A DNA stretch of 64,000 bases from IMG/VR virus record IMGVR_UViG_3300037067_021941, positions 1-64,000 of that record. The stretch is one strand, 5' to 3'. A program made the translations under genes and the position numbers. The DNA is from a virus (lineage: Duplodnaviria > Caudoviricetes). Shown piece after piece: positions 9,350 through 19,236 of the stretch. How positions within the stretch are numbered: position 1 is the first letter of the stretch; each line of letters starts with the position of its first letter. The notes under the pieces were generated by a model. It searched no databases, was not told the DNA's origin, and saw only the letters and a program-made list of their open reading frames with translations.

Positions 9350-9776
9350 CTATACCTCCAGAATCATCTATCAAACGAAGATTTACATCGATTGCCATAA
9401 CACGACCATTGTGTAATAATCTAAATACAGAATGATAAAGATTCGCGAATCCCCAAAGAGCAATTGCCTTTACAAAAAGATTATCACTTGCATCAAACAA
9501 TAAATATCTCCCAGGCAAAAAGAGAGAAAAAAGCAGAGATGTCCAAAGGCTAGTGCACCACCCACATGATACCAAGTCAGAAAGCCATTTGAATATCGAT
9601 GCAAGTAATTTGTATCTGACTGGCGGCCAAGTAACCCATTTTTGGTCTATTAATGCGGTTCTCGCTATGAATTGCCGCATCGGAGAGAAGAATTCCGATG
9701 CTGTTATGGCTTCGGCGGAACGTTCAGAAGCTATAATACAGATTAACCAAGCACCAATTATCGATATTATTTCCAT
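9285..9776 (-). CDS. DUF1360-like membrane protein
   Basis: Hydrophobic segments and LVSCGWCTSLW (CxWC) motif. Confidence 0.6.
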   Translation of the reverse strand: MEIISIIGAWLICIIASERSAEAITASEFFSPMRQFIARTALIDQKWVTWPPVRYKLLASIFKWLSDLVSCGWCTSLWTSLLFSLFLPGRYLLFDASDNLFVKAIALWGFANLYHSVFRLLHNGRVMAIDVNLRLIDDSGGIDGELGERTSQENAIRVEPPTV

Positions 9777-10063
9777 TATATGAATGTCCGATTACAACGT
9801 GAACATCGTTTGCGATTTCTAGCACCACTACCAGACAATGTTGGAGATAAAGTCGATCCACATAAAGGGCAGACCTTCAAATCCTTCAATTGCTGCTTAA
9901 CCTTGATTGTTGAGGTCGGAACAGTAACAACTATTCTCGTTGTTGGAGTTGGTCGTAATTTTGGTATTACAGTCGGCCTTGCAGCAGGCTTTGGTTTTAA
10001 TTGGCCCGTAGCACTACGTTTCATTGCTTTTGCTGCGGCCCCACCACACACACCACATGCCAT
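9776..10063 (-). CDS. Small basic zinc-ribbon protein
   Basis: CGVCG, CPLCG, CSRC motifs. Confidence 0.6.
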   Translation of the reverse strand: MACGVCGGAAAKAMKRSATGQLKPKPAARPTVIPKLRPTPTTRIVVTVPTSTIKVKQQLKDLKVCPLCGSTLSPTLSGSGARNRKRCSRCNRTFI

Positions 10064-10149
10064 TATGATCTACCCCTTCGTACACCAGCACGCTGAACAT
10101 GTATTGGTTGATACTGCGACCTTGGCATATTTGTTGCCTGTCTTATCAC
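10063..10149 (-). CDS. 28-aa basic peptide (not in ORF track)
   Basis: GTG start overlapping the resolvase TGA, TAA overlapping the next ATG; MIRQATNMPRSQYQPIHVQRAGVRRGRS. Confidence 0.4.
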   Translation of the reverse strand: MIRQATNMPRSQYQPIHVQRAGVRRGRS

Positions 10150-10850
10150 AACAGGTTTGTTTGTTCGCGCAACTCTAACCGGTTTTCGGTTTCCACATCC
10201 GCCGCATGCCATATTTCACCAAAAAAGAAAGAGTCAGGATTGACGTTAGCAGCGAAATCATTCCATGAGCAGATAAAGCATGGTGCCAACTGCAACGGAA
10301 CAATCACCCTATTCTTCCTATTTTTGGTGTGGCTAATATTGAACGAAATTGGTCCACAATTGGCATAGTAATCGAAGAATAAATGTGGAAACCACGGGCT
10401 AGCCTTACCCTTATATATATCGTCCTTAAAACGCAAGTACTCCATAGCTGCCCAGTCAAATGCAACCCAATCTAAGTTCGGGTTTGGCTTGAAAAACACC
10501 ATCGGTTTGATATCAAGTCCTAAAGCCTTAGATGCTAAGTTGGCGTCATAAGTACTCTGGTGGAGCCATTCTGAAAACTTGCAAGTAGAATATCCACTAA
10601 GAATTGACGTAAGGCTAAAACCCTTACCTTTTTTGGCTTCGATATTGAAGCGGCACCGGTTTTTGGTGTCTGCTGGTACTACGTCGCCAGTCAGATCACG
10701 TAAAACAGTATCAGATTCCCTACCCTCAACCCTTCGCCTCCGAAATTCTCTACCAGACCATTCAGTTAATAATTTAGCTACTCGACGCTCGTGACATTTC
10801 GCCGTAGCCACATTAGATTTTCCCACCTGACTTGCTGTTCTGGACATCAT
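10146..10850 (-). CDS. Holliday junction resolvase (PD-(D/E)xK, Hjc-like)
   Basis: HERRVAKLLTEW...FRR...GDVV...FNIEAKK motif order. Confidence 0.7.
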   Translation of the reverse strand: MMSRTASQVGKSNVATAKCHERRVAKLLTEWSGREFRRRRVEGRESDTVLRDLTGDVVPADTKNRCRFNIEAKKGKGFSLTSILSGYSTCKFSEWLHQSTYDANLASKALGLDIKPMVFFKPNPNLDWVAFDWAAMEYLRFKDDIYKGKASPWFPHLFFDYYANCGPISFNISHTKNRKNRVIVPLQLAPCFICSWNDFAANVNPDSFFFGEIWHAADVETENRLELREQTNLL

Positions 10851-11706
10851 TTACCTCTGGCTGAGCAACAAACTGCTTAAATTTAGCAGCTAAATTGTTA
10901 TACTCGGTCACAAATCCATTGACCTTATATTTACGAGCCAGATCAAATAATTCATTCTTGTCAAAAACAGGCGTGGTATCTAAGACACGTTGGACATATA
11001 ATTGATTCTTCAATAGCCCAGGGCACAATGATAAATCTATAAGCAACATATTCCTAACGAATAATTGTATTCCTGTACGCTCTAAGAATGCCGCCCTATC
11101 CTTGCTAGATTTAGCCATAGCAGTGCTCTTAACTGGTCCTATGCCCTCGTATCCGTTAATGCGGTCTGATATATCACCACACAATGCTTTTTGAATAACC
11201 GGATCATAATTCACTTGTTGGATAAATGATTCCTTCATAGGATCAAAACATTGAACGTGCGACATTCTGAATACTATCTGATTGTAATCACTATCCGACG
11301 AGCAAATTATTACCGGTGACGGAGCCAATACTTTGCAAGCGGCATAAATTAAATCGTCGGCCTCCATATTAGCTTTACTAAACTGCCTGCATCCCATCTT
11401 ATTGAACATCGCTTTAGCAGCTAGTTGTGTACTAATCAACTCATCCTTGATATCTATAGTATGTTTCTCTGGCTTATCTTTATACCCAGCGAAAATCTTC
11501 ATCCGCCATAGTGTCGATCTCTTGGCGTCCCAGAATATATTCACACTCTCAGGCTTAAAACGACTGATCCAACCAGACATAAACCTAAGCATTATGGTAA
11601 ATGAGTGCTGATGCTGATATCTAGCTTGTGGTTTCCTACCAGCGAATATAGCACGATACATTAAATTCCTGGCATCAACCAATAATGTGCATCTCTCTTG
11701 ACACAT
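10813..11706 (-). CDS. 5'-3' exonuclease / flap endonuclease (T4 RNase H-like)
   Basis: LLVDARNL, FWD, YK, EADDLI, SSDSDY, GDISDRINGYEGIG motifs; start revised to MCQERC, downstream of the terminator. Confidence 0.9.
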   Translation of the reverse strand: MCQERCTLLVDARNLMYRAIFAGRKPQARYQHQHSFTIMLRFMSGWISRFKPESVNIFWDAKRSTLWRMKIFAGYKDKPEKHTIDIKDELISTQLAAKAMFNKMGCRQFSKANMEADDLIYAACKVLAPSPVIICSSDSDYNQIVFRMSHVQCFDPMKESFIQQVNYDPVIQKALCGDISDRINGYEGIGPVKSTAMAKSSKDRAAFLERTGIQLFVRNMLLIDLSLCPGLLKNQLYVQRVLDTTPVFDKNELFDLARKYKVNGFVTEYNNLAAKFKQFVAQPEVNDVQNSKSGGKI

Positions 11707-11721
11707 AATATCATCCTGGAT

Positions 11722-11763
11722 AAAAAGCGGGGGTGTAAGATTTAGAATCTTACACCCCCTGCG
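11722..11763 (-). terminator. Intrinsic terminator after ssb
   Basis: gggggtgtaagat/atcttacaccccc stem followed by TTTTT on the minus strand. Confidence 0.85.
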
Positions 11764-11782
11764 ATAAATCTTACAATTAAAA

Positions 11783-12982
11783 CTAACCGCCAAGCTCGTC
11801 TAATAAACGATCAACTTCGCTATCGACTTCATCGATAACTTCATCTTCAATGGTTTCCTCGACCTCTTCGGCGGGCATCTCACCAGACAATTCCTCAATC
11901 TCCTGCCCTGGCTCATCAGTCACAGGCTCATCGACAGGACTTTCTTCAATAACCGGTTCTACTTTTGGCTTGGGTGCAGCCTTCGGTGCAGCCTTCGGTG
12001 CAGCCTTCGGTGCAGCCTTCGGTGCAGCCTTCGATTCTGCTGCCTTTGGTGCGGCCTTTGGTGTTGCCTTTGGTGCAGCCTTTGGTGCAGCTTTAGGGGC
12101 AGCCTGCTCTGGCTCTTCACCACCAATGTCACTGTCTTCGTCGTGATCAAATCCACCAGAAGCAGCTGTCTGAGCGATTGCACGACCACTCAAAGCAGCA
12201 GCAACCTTTGCTACTTCTTCAAGATTAACCTCTGGTACTTTCTCCCACAAATTATGCCGCTTGTTGAGAATCTCCTGTATGCGTTTGCTGTCGATTTTCT
12301 TAGTTGCTTTATCTACCGCAATCGGATGTGCACTAATATTTGCATTGACCAAAAACTTCGATTTCTTGTAGCTATTCATCTGGCCGTCTTTGCAGACTTC
12401 AAGCTGGAACAATAAAGCTTTATTCTCATCAAAGAATACGCCAAACGGCAAGGGCTCTGCTGGATCACCACCATCATCATCGCGATAAAGGCACTCCAAC
12501 CAAGTATCAACAACTGTCTTTGGAGCATTGTACCAGAAAACCTTACCTCTAAGCTCTTCTGGATTGGCTTCGATAGGCGGAAAATAAAGGTTCACTAGAT
12601 GGTATTGACTTGACAGAAGTGCTTTGCTGATCTCAGACCGCCTCTTCTTACCCTCAACTGTACTGCCATCGATCTCTTGCAATAGATCGAAACCATACTG
12701 ACAAATCGCACATTCTTCTTCGTTGATGATACGTGGACATCCGATTCGTTTATTGTCGATGTAATGAGCACCAGTTTGAATCGCAAACAAGTCCATAGTG
12801 CGTTCGCATGCCACTTTTCCATCATTGCAAAGATCTCCCTCTTGCAGTGGCGGCAAGATGTAAAATCTAAATTTCGTCGTCTTGCCCTCATCCATTTTCG
12901 GAGCACGAAATTCGGTAGGATCTCTACCTTTTTTCATCTTGGCTCTAACTTGGTTTCTGATGGCTTCAATGTCGTATCCCAT
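11783..12982 (-). CDS. Single-stranded DNA-binding protein, T4 gp32-like, with AAPK linker and acidic tail
   Basis: RFYILPP, H...CPR...CAIC zinc ligands, SYKKSKF, acidic C-terminus; adjacent to uvsY. Confidence 0.8.
   Translation of the reverse strand: MGYDIEAIRNQVRAKMKKGRDPTEFRAPKMDEGKTTKFRFYILPPLQEGDLCNDGKVACERTMDLFAIQTGAHYIDNKRIGCPRIINEEECAICQYGFDLLQEIDGSTVEGKKRRSEISKALLSSQYHLVNLYFPPIEANPEELRGKVFWYNAPKTVVDTWLECLYRDDDGGDPAEPLPFGVFFDENKALLFQLEVCKDGQMNSYKKSKFLVNANISAHPIAVDKATKKIDSKRIQEILNKRHNLWEKVPEVNLEEVAKVAAALSGRAIAQTAASGGFDHDEDSDIGGEEPEQAAPKAAPKAAPKATPKAAPKAAESKAAPKAAPKAAPKAAPKAAPKPKVEPVIEESPVDEPVTDEPGQEIEELSGEMPAEEVEETIEDEVIDEVDSEVDRLLDELGG
11970..12105 (-). repeat. 12-bp tandem repeat encoding (AAPK)n
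   Basis: Repeated ggtgcagccttc units in the SSB linker. Confidence 0.85.
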
Positions 12983-12991
12983 GTGAATCTC

Positions 12992-13507
12992 CTAGGTTTG
13001 TCTACCAGATTGTTCTTTTTCTTGACGTTTAAAACCAGCCAATGATCGGCTATGTTCTGATCGCAATCTTATTGCTTCTACCATGTGATATACTTTACCA
13101 CAATTTCTCTGTAATATGGCAAGCTCTGCCTCTGATTTTACTAATTCCGGATCGCCTTCTATCAGTGCATTCGTTTGCTTGTCTGTTGTTTTATTGTTGT
13201 GAGCACGAAATTCTTCGATAATTCTGCGTAATATAGCGTGTCGCTTCGATCTCATCTTTAGTTCCAATATAGCAATAGCACACCTAAGCTCGCTGTAAAT
13301 AGCAGCCCAATAAATATATTGAGCGGGGATACGTTCGTGCTGCTCTTCTAATATTTCAAAGTTAATATCGATATCTTGAGCCAAATTGACTTCACAAATA
13401 GTACCATTCTGCAGTCTCACGGCGAATTTGAATAAATTACTATTCGCCAAGTCGAGAGGAACATGCTCTTGAAACCACTGTGGCATATCATTTTTTTCAT
13501 CTGTCAT
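12992..13507 (-). CDS. uvsY: Recombination mediator UvsY-like
   Basis: IDIN...LEEQ..RIPAQYIYW..., long helical C-terminus; between SSB and polymerase-like gene. Confidence 0.65.
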   Translation of the reverse strand: MTDEKNDMPQWFQEHVPLDLANSNLFKFAVRLQNGTICEVNLAQDIDINFEILEEQHERIPAQYIYWAAIYSELRCAIAILELKMRSKRHAILRRIIEEFRAHNNKTTDKQTNALIEGDPELVKSEAELAILQRNCGKVYHMVEAIRLRSEHSRSLAGFKRQEKEQSGRQT

Positions 13508-13544
13508 AGTAATTCACCTGTGTAAATAACTATCATCAAATACA

Positions 13545-14735
13545 TCAAGCTTGAAACCTATCTACATCTAAGTACAGCCCACACGGTTTCCATTGACACC
13601 ATTTTTTACCAATATTAACCCGTACTGGGAATATTGGATTATCGCTTAATATTCCGGAAAATGGTCTACACATAATGTTTGCTATTGTGCGAATTGTCGG
13701 CTTCAATGCATTTTTATTACAAGCAATAGTTATAGAATCGTGAGTCTCAACTAACAATCTAAAATGCAATTCCCACACTTTTCTAATCGTCAACTGCATT
13801 GCTTGTGCTATAGAACCTTGCATCGTAGCATTGAAAGCAGATCGTGGTCTTTCTGCGTTAAAAAATTCTCTACCTAAGATACTCATAACAGATTGTCCAT
13901 TATCTAACTTTTGTTTCTGCATAACCATCCATTCACGTAAAATTGGAAATATTTGAAATATTGGATGATCTACATCAATAGCATTAATCGAGCGTAATAG
14001 CATAGTCTTGCAATCTTTTCTGGGTACGTCTAATATTTCAGATAGTTTTTGATATGGATCTAATTCAAGAGACATCCTATTAAGTTCTTCATCGCCACTA
14101 AGAATCGCAGCAATACGTATATCAGCCGCTCGCCAATCGAAGTTTATAAAATAATCTGATTGATTGCCGTATGGGTCTGAAATAATGTCTTTTTCAGTAG
14201 TGCCCTGTAAATTAAAACCGGTATTTTTACTTCTTCCACTAATCGTCCTGTGAGTCCATTTCGGATATTTATGTAAACCGCCAACTAAAATGCCTTGCCG
14301 CTCAAGACTCTCATATACAACGGACGCATTTGCTGCTATATATTGCCATTTTTGTAGTCTTCGTTTTTGTAATTCCGACAGCATATTATGAATGACATAC
14401 GACAGCTCATCAAAAGTGTCTGGTATCTCTTTTGGTAGCGGAAGAAAAACATCAAAAACTTTCAACTTTTCTCTTGGTAAAATAAAGCGGAACCCAGTTA
14501 GAATGGACTTGAAGTCATTAGTTACGATTATTTTATCGCGTAACAATGTCCGTTCAATCAATTTGTTTATCTTCTTAAAAGACGCTTCAATATCATAAAT
14601 TTTTCTATCGGCACTGGTGAGATAAATTGGAACTATGATGTCTTTACCAAGAGTTCGTATACCAACTATTATTGGTCTTGACTTCTTGTCGAATAGCGCA
14701 CAAAAATAACTGATAGAATCATTAACGAGAACCAT
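13545..14735 (-). CDS. Short family A DNA polymerase-like protein (no exonuclease motifs, thumb deleted)
   Basis: TISGR, FDWRAADIRIAAILSGD (motif A), RKDCK (B), AFNATMQGS, THDS (C). Confidence 0.75.
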   Translation of the reverse strand: MVLVNDSISYFCALFDKKSRPIIVGIRTLGKDIIVPIYLTSADRKIYDIEASFKKINKLIERTLLRDKIIVTNDFKSILTGFRFILPREKLKVFDVFLPLPKEIPDTFDELSYVIHNMLSELQKRRLQKWQYIAANASVVYESLERQGILVGGLHKYPKWTHRTISGRSKNTGFNLQGTTEKDIISDPYGNQSDYFINFDWRAADIRIAAILSGDEELNRMSLELDPYQKLSEILDVPRKDCKTMLLRSINAIDVDHPIFQIFPILREWMVMQKQKLDNGQSVMSILGREFFNAERPRSAFNATMQGSIAQAMQLTIRKVWELHFRLLVETHDSITIACNKNALKPTIRTIANIMCRPFSGILSDNPIFPVRVNIGKKWCQWKPCGLYLDVDRFQA

Positions 14736-14742
14736 AACTCGA

Positions 14743-15153
14743 TTATGTCAAGAAGTGCTTCTTATCTGTTTGTCTTCTACCACCAGTGCGAAGCTTATCA
14801 GTGAGTTCTGCCTTATCGTCTGGCGTTCTCATATACCCATACGGGTCATTATTTTGCAATTGGTGTAATGCCATATCGCGCTGCAATGCTTTAGCGTTCT
14901 TTTTCCTAAATTCACGCCAATCACCGCCGCGAATGCGATAGCTTTGGTCTGTCCCTAACAACGTGATGTGTGTATCGTGGCTATCACACAACGGGCACTT
15001 TGTTAACTTTTGCAGTTTTTGCTTTGGCGGAAATTTTATACTATGTGAAACTTCAAAGACAATTTCAGACTGCTCGTCGTCAGTTAGTGGTCTACCCACC
15101 TCCTTCTCACGTGCAGCAATGCAATCGTTGCAGATATAGTTATATCGTGGCAT
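14743..15153 (-). CDS. FmdB-like zinc-ribbon protein
   Basis: MPRYNYICNDC...FEV...CPLCDS. Confidence 0.65.
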   Translation of the reverse strand: MPRYNYICNDCIAAREKEVGRPLTDDEQSEIVFEVSHSIKFPPKQKLQKLTKCPLCDSHDTHITLLGTDQSYRIRGGDWREFRKKNAKALQRDMALHQLQNNDPYGYMRTPDDKAELTDKLRTGGRRQTDKKHFLT

Positions 15154-15161
15154 TATTGCCT

Positions 15162-15569
15162 CTATTCTTTTGCTTTATCGACACCGATTACATACACAGA
15201 TTCACCATCGACTGCCGCCAGCAAATTGTGGTATTTGACTAGTAAAATGCGGGCTTTACCGTAGAATGCATAAAGCCTGTCTAAGTTACAAATTACTGGT
15301 TTAGGCGAAAATCTGACTGTAGTTCCGATAGCGAAAACAGTCTTCATTTCTTCTGGTACGAGAGGCCCCATACCAACAATAATGCCGATGACTGACTCTT
15401 CGTCAGGAACAATAATATTGCTCTCTTTTCGAACAGCAATTGGCGCAATTGCAACGTAGTCATTAGCAACACCGATTTGAGTAATCTGATATGAACCTTT
15501 TTTAGGTTGTATCATCTCAACAGTGTCAACAAATGATCTCGCCAATAAAATTTCTTCTGGGCTCGACAT
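15162..15569 (-). CDS. groES: GroES-like co-chaperonin
   Basis: NDYVAI...ESNIIVPD...GIIVGMGP...IGTTVRF...LLVKYHNLLAAV follows the Cpn10 pattern. Confidence 0.7.
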   Translation of the reverse strand: MSSPEEILLARSFVDTVEMIQPKKGSYQITQIGVANDYVAIAPIAVRKESNIIVPDEESVIGIIVGMGPLVPEEMKTVFAIGTTVRFSPKPVICNLDRLYAFYGKARILLVKYHNLLAAVDGESVYVIGVDKAKE

Positions 15570-15579
15570 ATTATCTCCT

Positions 15580-17001
15580 CTAAATTGGAATTTCTGTGAT
15601 TTCCATCTTATCGTAGAATACGTTTGTAGTTATAGAAACAAACTTCGGACCATTACGATTTTTTGCTATCCAAAGTCTAATAACTGACGGAATATTTTTA
15701 GCAACATCACCTCTTCTATATTCATCTTCCGTCTGATTTAAGCTAACAACATAGTCAACAGGCATAGCCTTACCAAAACTCTCTGCTGCTTTGTCTAAAT
15801 CTATGTGTGCTGGTGCCGCCTGTGCACCGCCGCCTTGGTTATTACCTTGGTTACCACCCTTTACTCCCATGCGATTTGTCTGTGTCGCAGAATAAACTAA
15901 CACATTCTCATTTTTGGCAAGACCTCGCATCTCCGTAGCCACACTCTTTTGTCTTGTATAGTCACCTTCATCATTATTATGAGAATGGCGACTTAGCATA
16001 AGCTCTAAATAGTCAAGGACAACTATTTTAGGAATCCAGCCCTTTGTTTTACGATTGGTTTCAATAATGCCGTATACGTCGTTCACACTACATTCATCTG
16101 GTGGCAATTCATAAATCACCAGATCACCATTCTTATCTCTTCCATCTTGTACAACACCACGCACTTTTGCCTGACTTGCTCGTATTTTCTGCTGTTCATC
16201 ATCAGGAAGTGTGTCAATGTTTGCACGTGAAAAATCTCTTATAGCTGTCTTAGACATTCGGCTAGCTAATCTTATAGCTGTTTTATATGTAGAAAGTTCA
16301 AAGGTAATAAATAAGACGTTATATCCTTGCTCTACAGCAGCGTTCGCCATATTTATGAGCGTTAATGTCTTACCAACGCCAGTTGGTGCCAAAATGATCA
16401 ACACTTCTCCAGGAGACGGGCCACCTTCGTTAAGCTTTTTATCTAAGTCTTTAAAACCAGTACTGATATGCTCTATCGCAGTATCCAAAAATATTTCATC
16501 AATCTGATCAAAAAACCAAAACCCTTGATTTCCGATCATACTGATACTGGAAGCAGAGTCAACTATTTTACGAAGAAACTCATGATCACCACGCTGGTGA
16601 GCGGCTAATGCTTCATCAGAATATAATTGAGCATAAGATTGGTGCTCAACCCATTCACGAAGAGTCTGCCGCAAAATAGGTGCTTCTCTTGGATCGGATG
16701 GTCTGTCAACGATAGCTAATATTTCTTCAAACGGATCCTCCATTGTCAACTGCTTAGCAAGACGATCGTGTAATAAGGCACGCGTTGGTATAATTCCAAA
16801 TTTGTCGTAGTCTTGTTTCAATGCTGCAATGACATATTTTACTTCCGGCCTTACAAACAACTCCGCTTTTATGAATTTAGATGTTGGGATATATAATTCT
16901 GGAAAATCAAGTATCAATGATATGATACCAGCTTCCATATTTGGGCCGAAAGGTGTGTCGACAGAATCTGCCTCCTGTCCTACTTGAAGAGCTTCTATCA
17001 T
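15580..17001 (-). CDS. dnaB: Replicative SF4 DNA helicase (DnaB / T4 gp41-like)
   Basis: STGFKDLD, APTGVGKT, FITFE, VLDYLELM, SATQTNR, IAKNRNGP. Confidence 0.92.
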   Translation of the reverse strand: MIEALQVGQEADSVDTPFGPNMEAGIISLILDFPELYIPTSKFIKAELFVRPEVKYVIAALKQDYDKFGIIPTRALLHDRLAKQLTMEDPFEEILAIVDRPSDPREAPILRQTLREWVEHQSYAQLYSDEALAAHQRGDHEFLRKIVDSASSISMIGNQGFWFFDQIDEIFLDTAIEHISTGFKDLDKKLNEGGPSPGEVLIILAPTGVGKTLTLINMANAAVEQGYNVLFITFELSTYKTAIRLASRMSKTAIRDFSRANIDTLPDDEQQKIRASQAKVRGVVQDGRDKNGDLVIYELPPDECSVNDVYGIIETNRKTKGWIPKIVVLDYLELMLSRHSHNNDEGDYTRQKSVATEMRGLAKNENVLVYSATQTNRMGVKGGNQGNNQGGGAQAAPAHIDLDKAAESFGKAMPVDYVVSLNQTEDEYRRGDVAKNIPSVIRLWIAKNRNGPKFVSITTNVFYDKMEITEIPI

Positions 17002-17319
17002 TTATGTCATCCCTTGATATAAACGTTGCAAAGCTGCGAGTTGCGTTTGCAAGTTTGATATACATAGCTCAAGTGCTTCTTTATATCCGATCAAGTCTTC
17101 TTCATAGAATCTGATTGGCAATGTTCTTTGGCCAGTTACTCTATCACCAATAGTTTGGATAGCGGTTGGAGATTTTAATGATGTTGCCAACGTATAAATT
17201 AATCTACCACTCGGCTGATAGCCCATATCCTTGATAATGTAAGCTTCTAAAAAACCTAGAGAAGCTGATTCTTTTAAATATACTGTCTGTCCAATGTCAT
17301 AAACCGGTGCTTTAGCCAT
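17002..17319 (-). CDS. Hypothetical protein
   Basis: 105 aa, translationally coupled between recA and helicase. Confidence 0.65.
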   Translation of the reverse strand: MAKAPVYDIGQTVYLKESASLGFLEAYIIKDMGYQPSGRLIYTLATSLKSPTAIQTIGDRVTGQRTLPIRFYEEDLIGYKEALELCISNLQTQLAALQRLYQGMT

Positions 17320-18464
17320 TACTCTACCTCGTCAAAGCTTGATTCGTCTATTTCTTCTGTATCTTTGGTAGAGCTATCGGCAGTAACCGGGCCAGTTATC
17401 TGACCAGTCTCCATAATGCGACCCACTTCTTCAGAAACAATCTTAAACAATTCGGTATCATCAGTCAATACAGCAACAAGCTTATCTTTTCCAATAGCTA
17501 TCTTACGCTCGCCAAGATAATAGTTTGCTCCTCTTAGGGTAATTACTTTTGTCTCAATACTGGCATCAATTAATGACTTTGCCTTGTTGAAGCCATAAAT
17601 ACCATCTGCACCAAAATGAATTTCAAGTACAGCAGATCGAAATGGTGGAGCTACTTTATTTTTAGCAATTTTGATTTTGGTATTCATACCAATTGGACGA
17701 TTATTCTCACGAAGTGTTTCAGCCCTACGCACTTCCAATCTAACAGAAGAATAAAATTTCAAGGCCCTTCCACCAGGCGTAGTTTCTTGCTTTATATAAC
17801 TTGGGCCTCCTTGACCAATTTTATCACGTAATTGGTTGATAAATATTACAGTAGTATTGGTCCTAAGACATTTGCCAGCTAATTTGCGTAATCCCTTAGA
17901 CATCAATCTTGCTTGTGCACCAATTGTAACATCGCTTATATCGCAATCCAATTCTTCTTGCGGTACAAGTGCAGCCACAGAATCTACTACAACGAGCCCA
18001 ACTATACCAGAATGGACTAATGCAGTCAAAATATCAAACGCTTGATTACCACTATCAGGTTGAGATAATAACCAATTCTTGACATCAACACCAATATTAG
18101 TCGCCCAGTCATAATCTAATGCGTGCTCTGCGTCAACATAAGCGACTAATTTACCATTTTTCTGAAAGCTGGCAACTATTTGTAAGGCGAGCGTTGTCTT
18201 GCCGCTAGATTCAGCACCATATATTTCTATAATCCTTCCGTCTGGAATGCCGCGACAACCAAGAGCGATATCTAAACTGGGCAGTCCAGTTGATATTGAT
18301 TTTGTCGGCTTGATAGCTGTTTCACCACCCCAATGAATCGAATCACCAAATTTTTTCTCTAACTCGGCGTACATCTCATCAAAACTCATCTTTATAATCG
18401 GCTCGCCGAAATCATCTGTTTCTGCGGATTTATCTAATTTCACAACTGGTTTCTTTTTTGCCAT
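17319..18464 (-). CDS. recA: RecA/UvsX recombinase
   Basis: GRIIEIYGAESSGKTT, DAEHALD, VVDSVAALVP, FINQLR, TTPGGRALKFYSSVR, KNKVAPPF. Confidence 0.97.
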   Translation of the reverse strand: MAKKKPVVKLDKSAETDDFGEPIIKMSFDEMYAELEKKFGDSIHWGGETAIKPTKSISTGLPSLDIALGCRGIPDGRIIEIYGAESSGKTTLALQIVASFQKNGKLVAYVDAEHALDYDWATNIGVDVKNWLLSQPDSGNQAFDILTALVHSGIVGLVVVDSVAALVPQEELDCDISDVTIGAQARLMSKGLRKLAGKCLRTNTTVIFINQLRDKIGQGGPSYIKQETTPGGRALKFYSSVRLEVRRAETLRENNRPIGMNTKIKIAKNKVAPPFRSAVLEIHFGADGIYGFNKAKSLIDASIETKVITLRGANYYLGERKIAIGKDKLVAVLTDDTELFKIVSEEVGRIMETGQITGPVTADSSTKDTEEIDESSFDEVE

Positions 18465-18757
18465 TATTTCCTATTACCTTTATAACAGACTTCTGCCAGA
18501 CAATTTAATACTTGTTGGCGATTATGAGTGCCAGCTTTTCTAACATCTCCTAAAGGAATGCGTATAAGTGTATCATCTTTTGCAAGCAGAGCATCACCAT
18601 CTATTATCCCCACAACACTCCATTTGCCATGCGGGCTGGGTGAATACCCCGGTTTAGTAGATAGATATTTAACTCGTTTGACTGTTAATAATTCAACTTG
18701 ATCAAGTTGTTGAATTATAGGTTTTGGTTCCTCTGGTAAGTAATTGGAACTATTCAT
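18464..18757 (-). CDS. Hypothetical protein
   Basis: 97 aa, TAATG coupling to recA. Confidence 0.6.
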   Translation of the reverse strand: MNSSNYLPEEPKPIIQQLDQVELLTVKRVKYLSTKPGYSPSPHGKWSVVGIIDGDALLAKDDTLIRIPLGDVRKAGTHNRQQVLNCLAEVCYKGNRK

Positions 18758-18792
18758 CTATCATTCAAGCAAAATTTTAATAGGAGAATGCC

Positions 18793-19236
18793 ATGGACAA
18801 CAACGAAAAACTACTGACCGAAGCAGTCCAAACATATTTACAGCACAAGGTCAAGCTTGGAATATCGGACCCACCAAAAGACCTTGCCGATGCCGATGCT
18901 AAATCTCTACAATTTTTACATGAGCAGATCAACGATTTGTTTGAGCTTAAGTCAGTCGATTTAGTATGCCATGAAGGAGTGTGTAGGGCTTTCCGTAAAG
19001 TACACAATTATAAATATATTACTGACCCATTGTTCACAAAAGCCCTAATGCAGGAAATGCAAAGTGCTGGAGTACTTGGGGCCGAGCAGGAAAAAGTAAT
19101 GGGAATTTTGGACACTATCAAAGAAGAGGTTAGTGATGGCGAGGGATGGTGTGAACAAGATGCAGGGTACCATCCAGATCTAAAAGGAATAATTGCCGTT
19201 AGTAAACCGGGACAATCACCAGGTAGTGTAGAATGA
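18793..19236 (+). CDS. Hypothetical protein
   Basis: 147 aa, AGGAG RBS. Confidence 0.65.
   Translation: MDNNEKLLTEAVQTYLQHKVKLGISDPPKDLADADAKSLQFLHEQINDLFELKSVDLVCHEGVCRAFRKVHNYKYITDPLFTKALMQEMQSAGVLGAEQEKVMGILDTIKEEVSDGEGWCEQDAGYHPDLKGIIAVSKPGQSPGSVE

Noticed and set aside
11707-11793. N-terminal extension of the 5'-3' exonuclease
   Set aside because: It runs through the ssb terminator hairpin.
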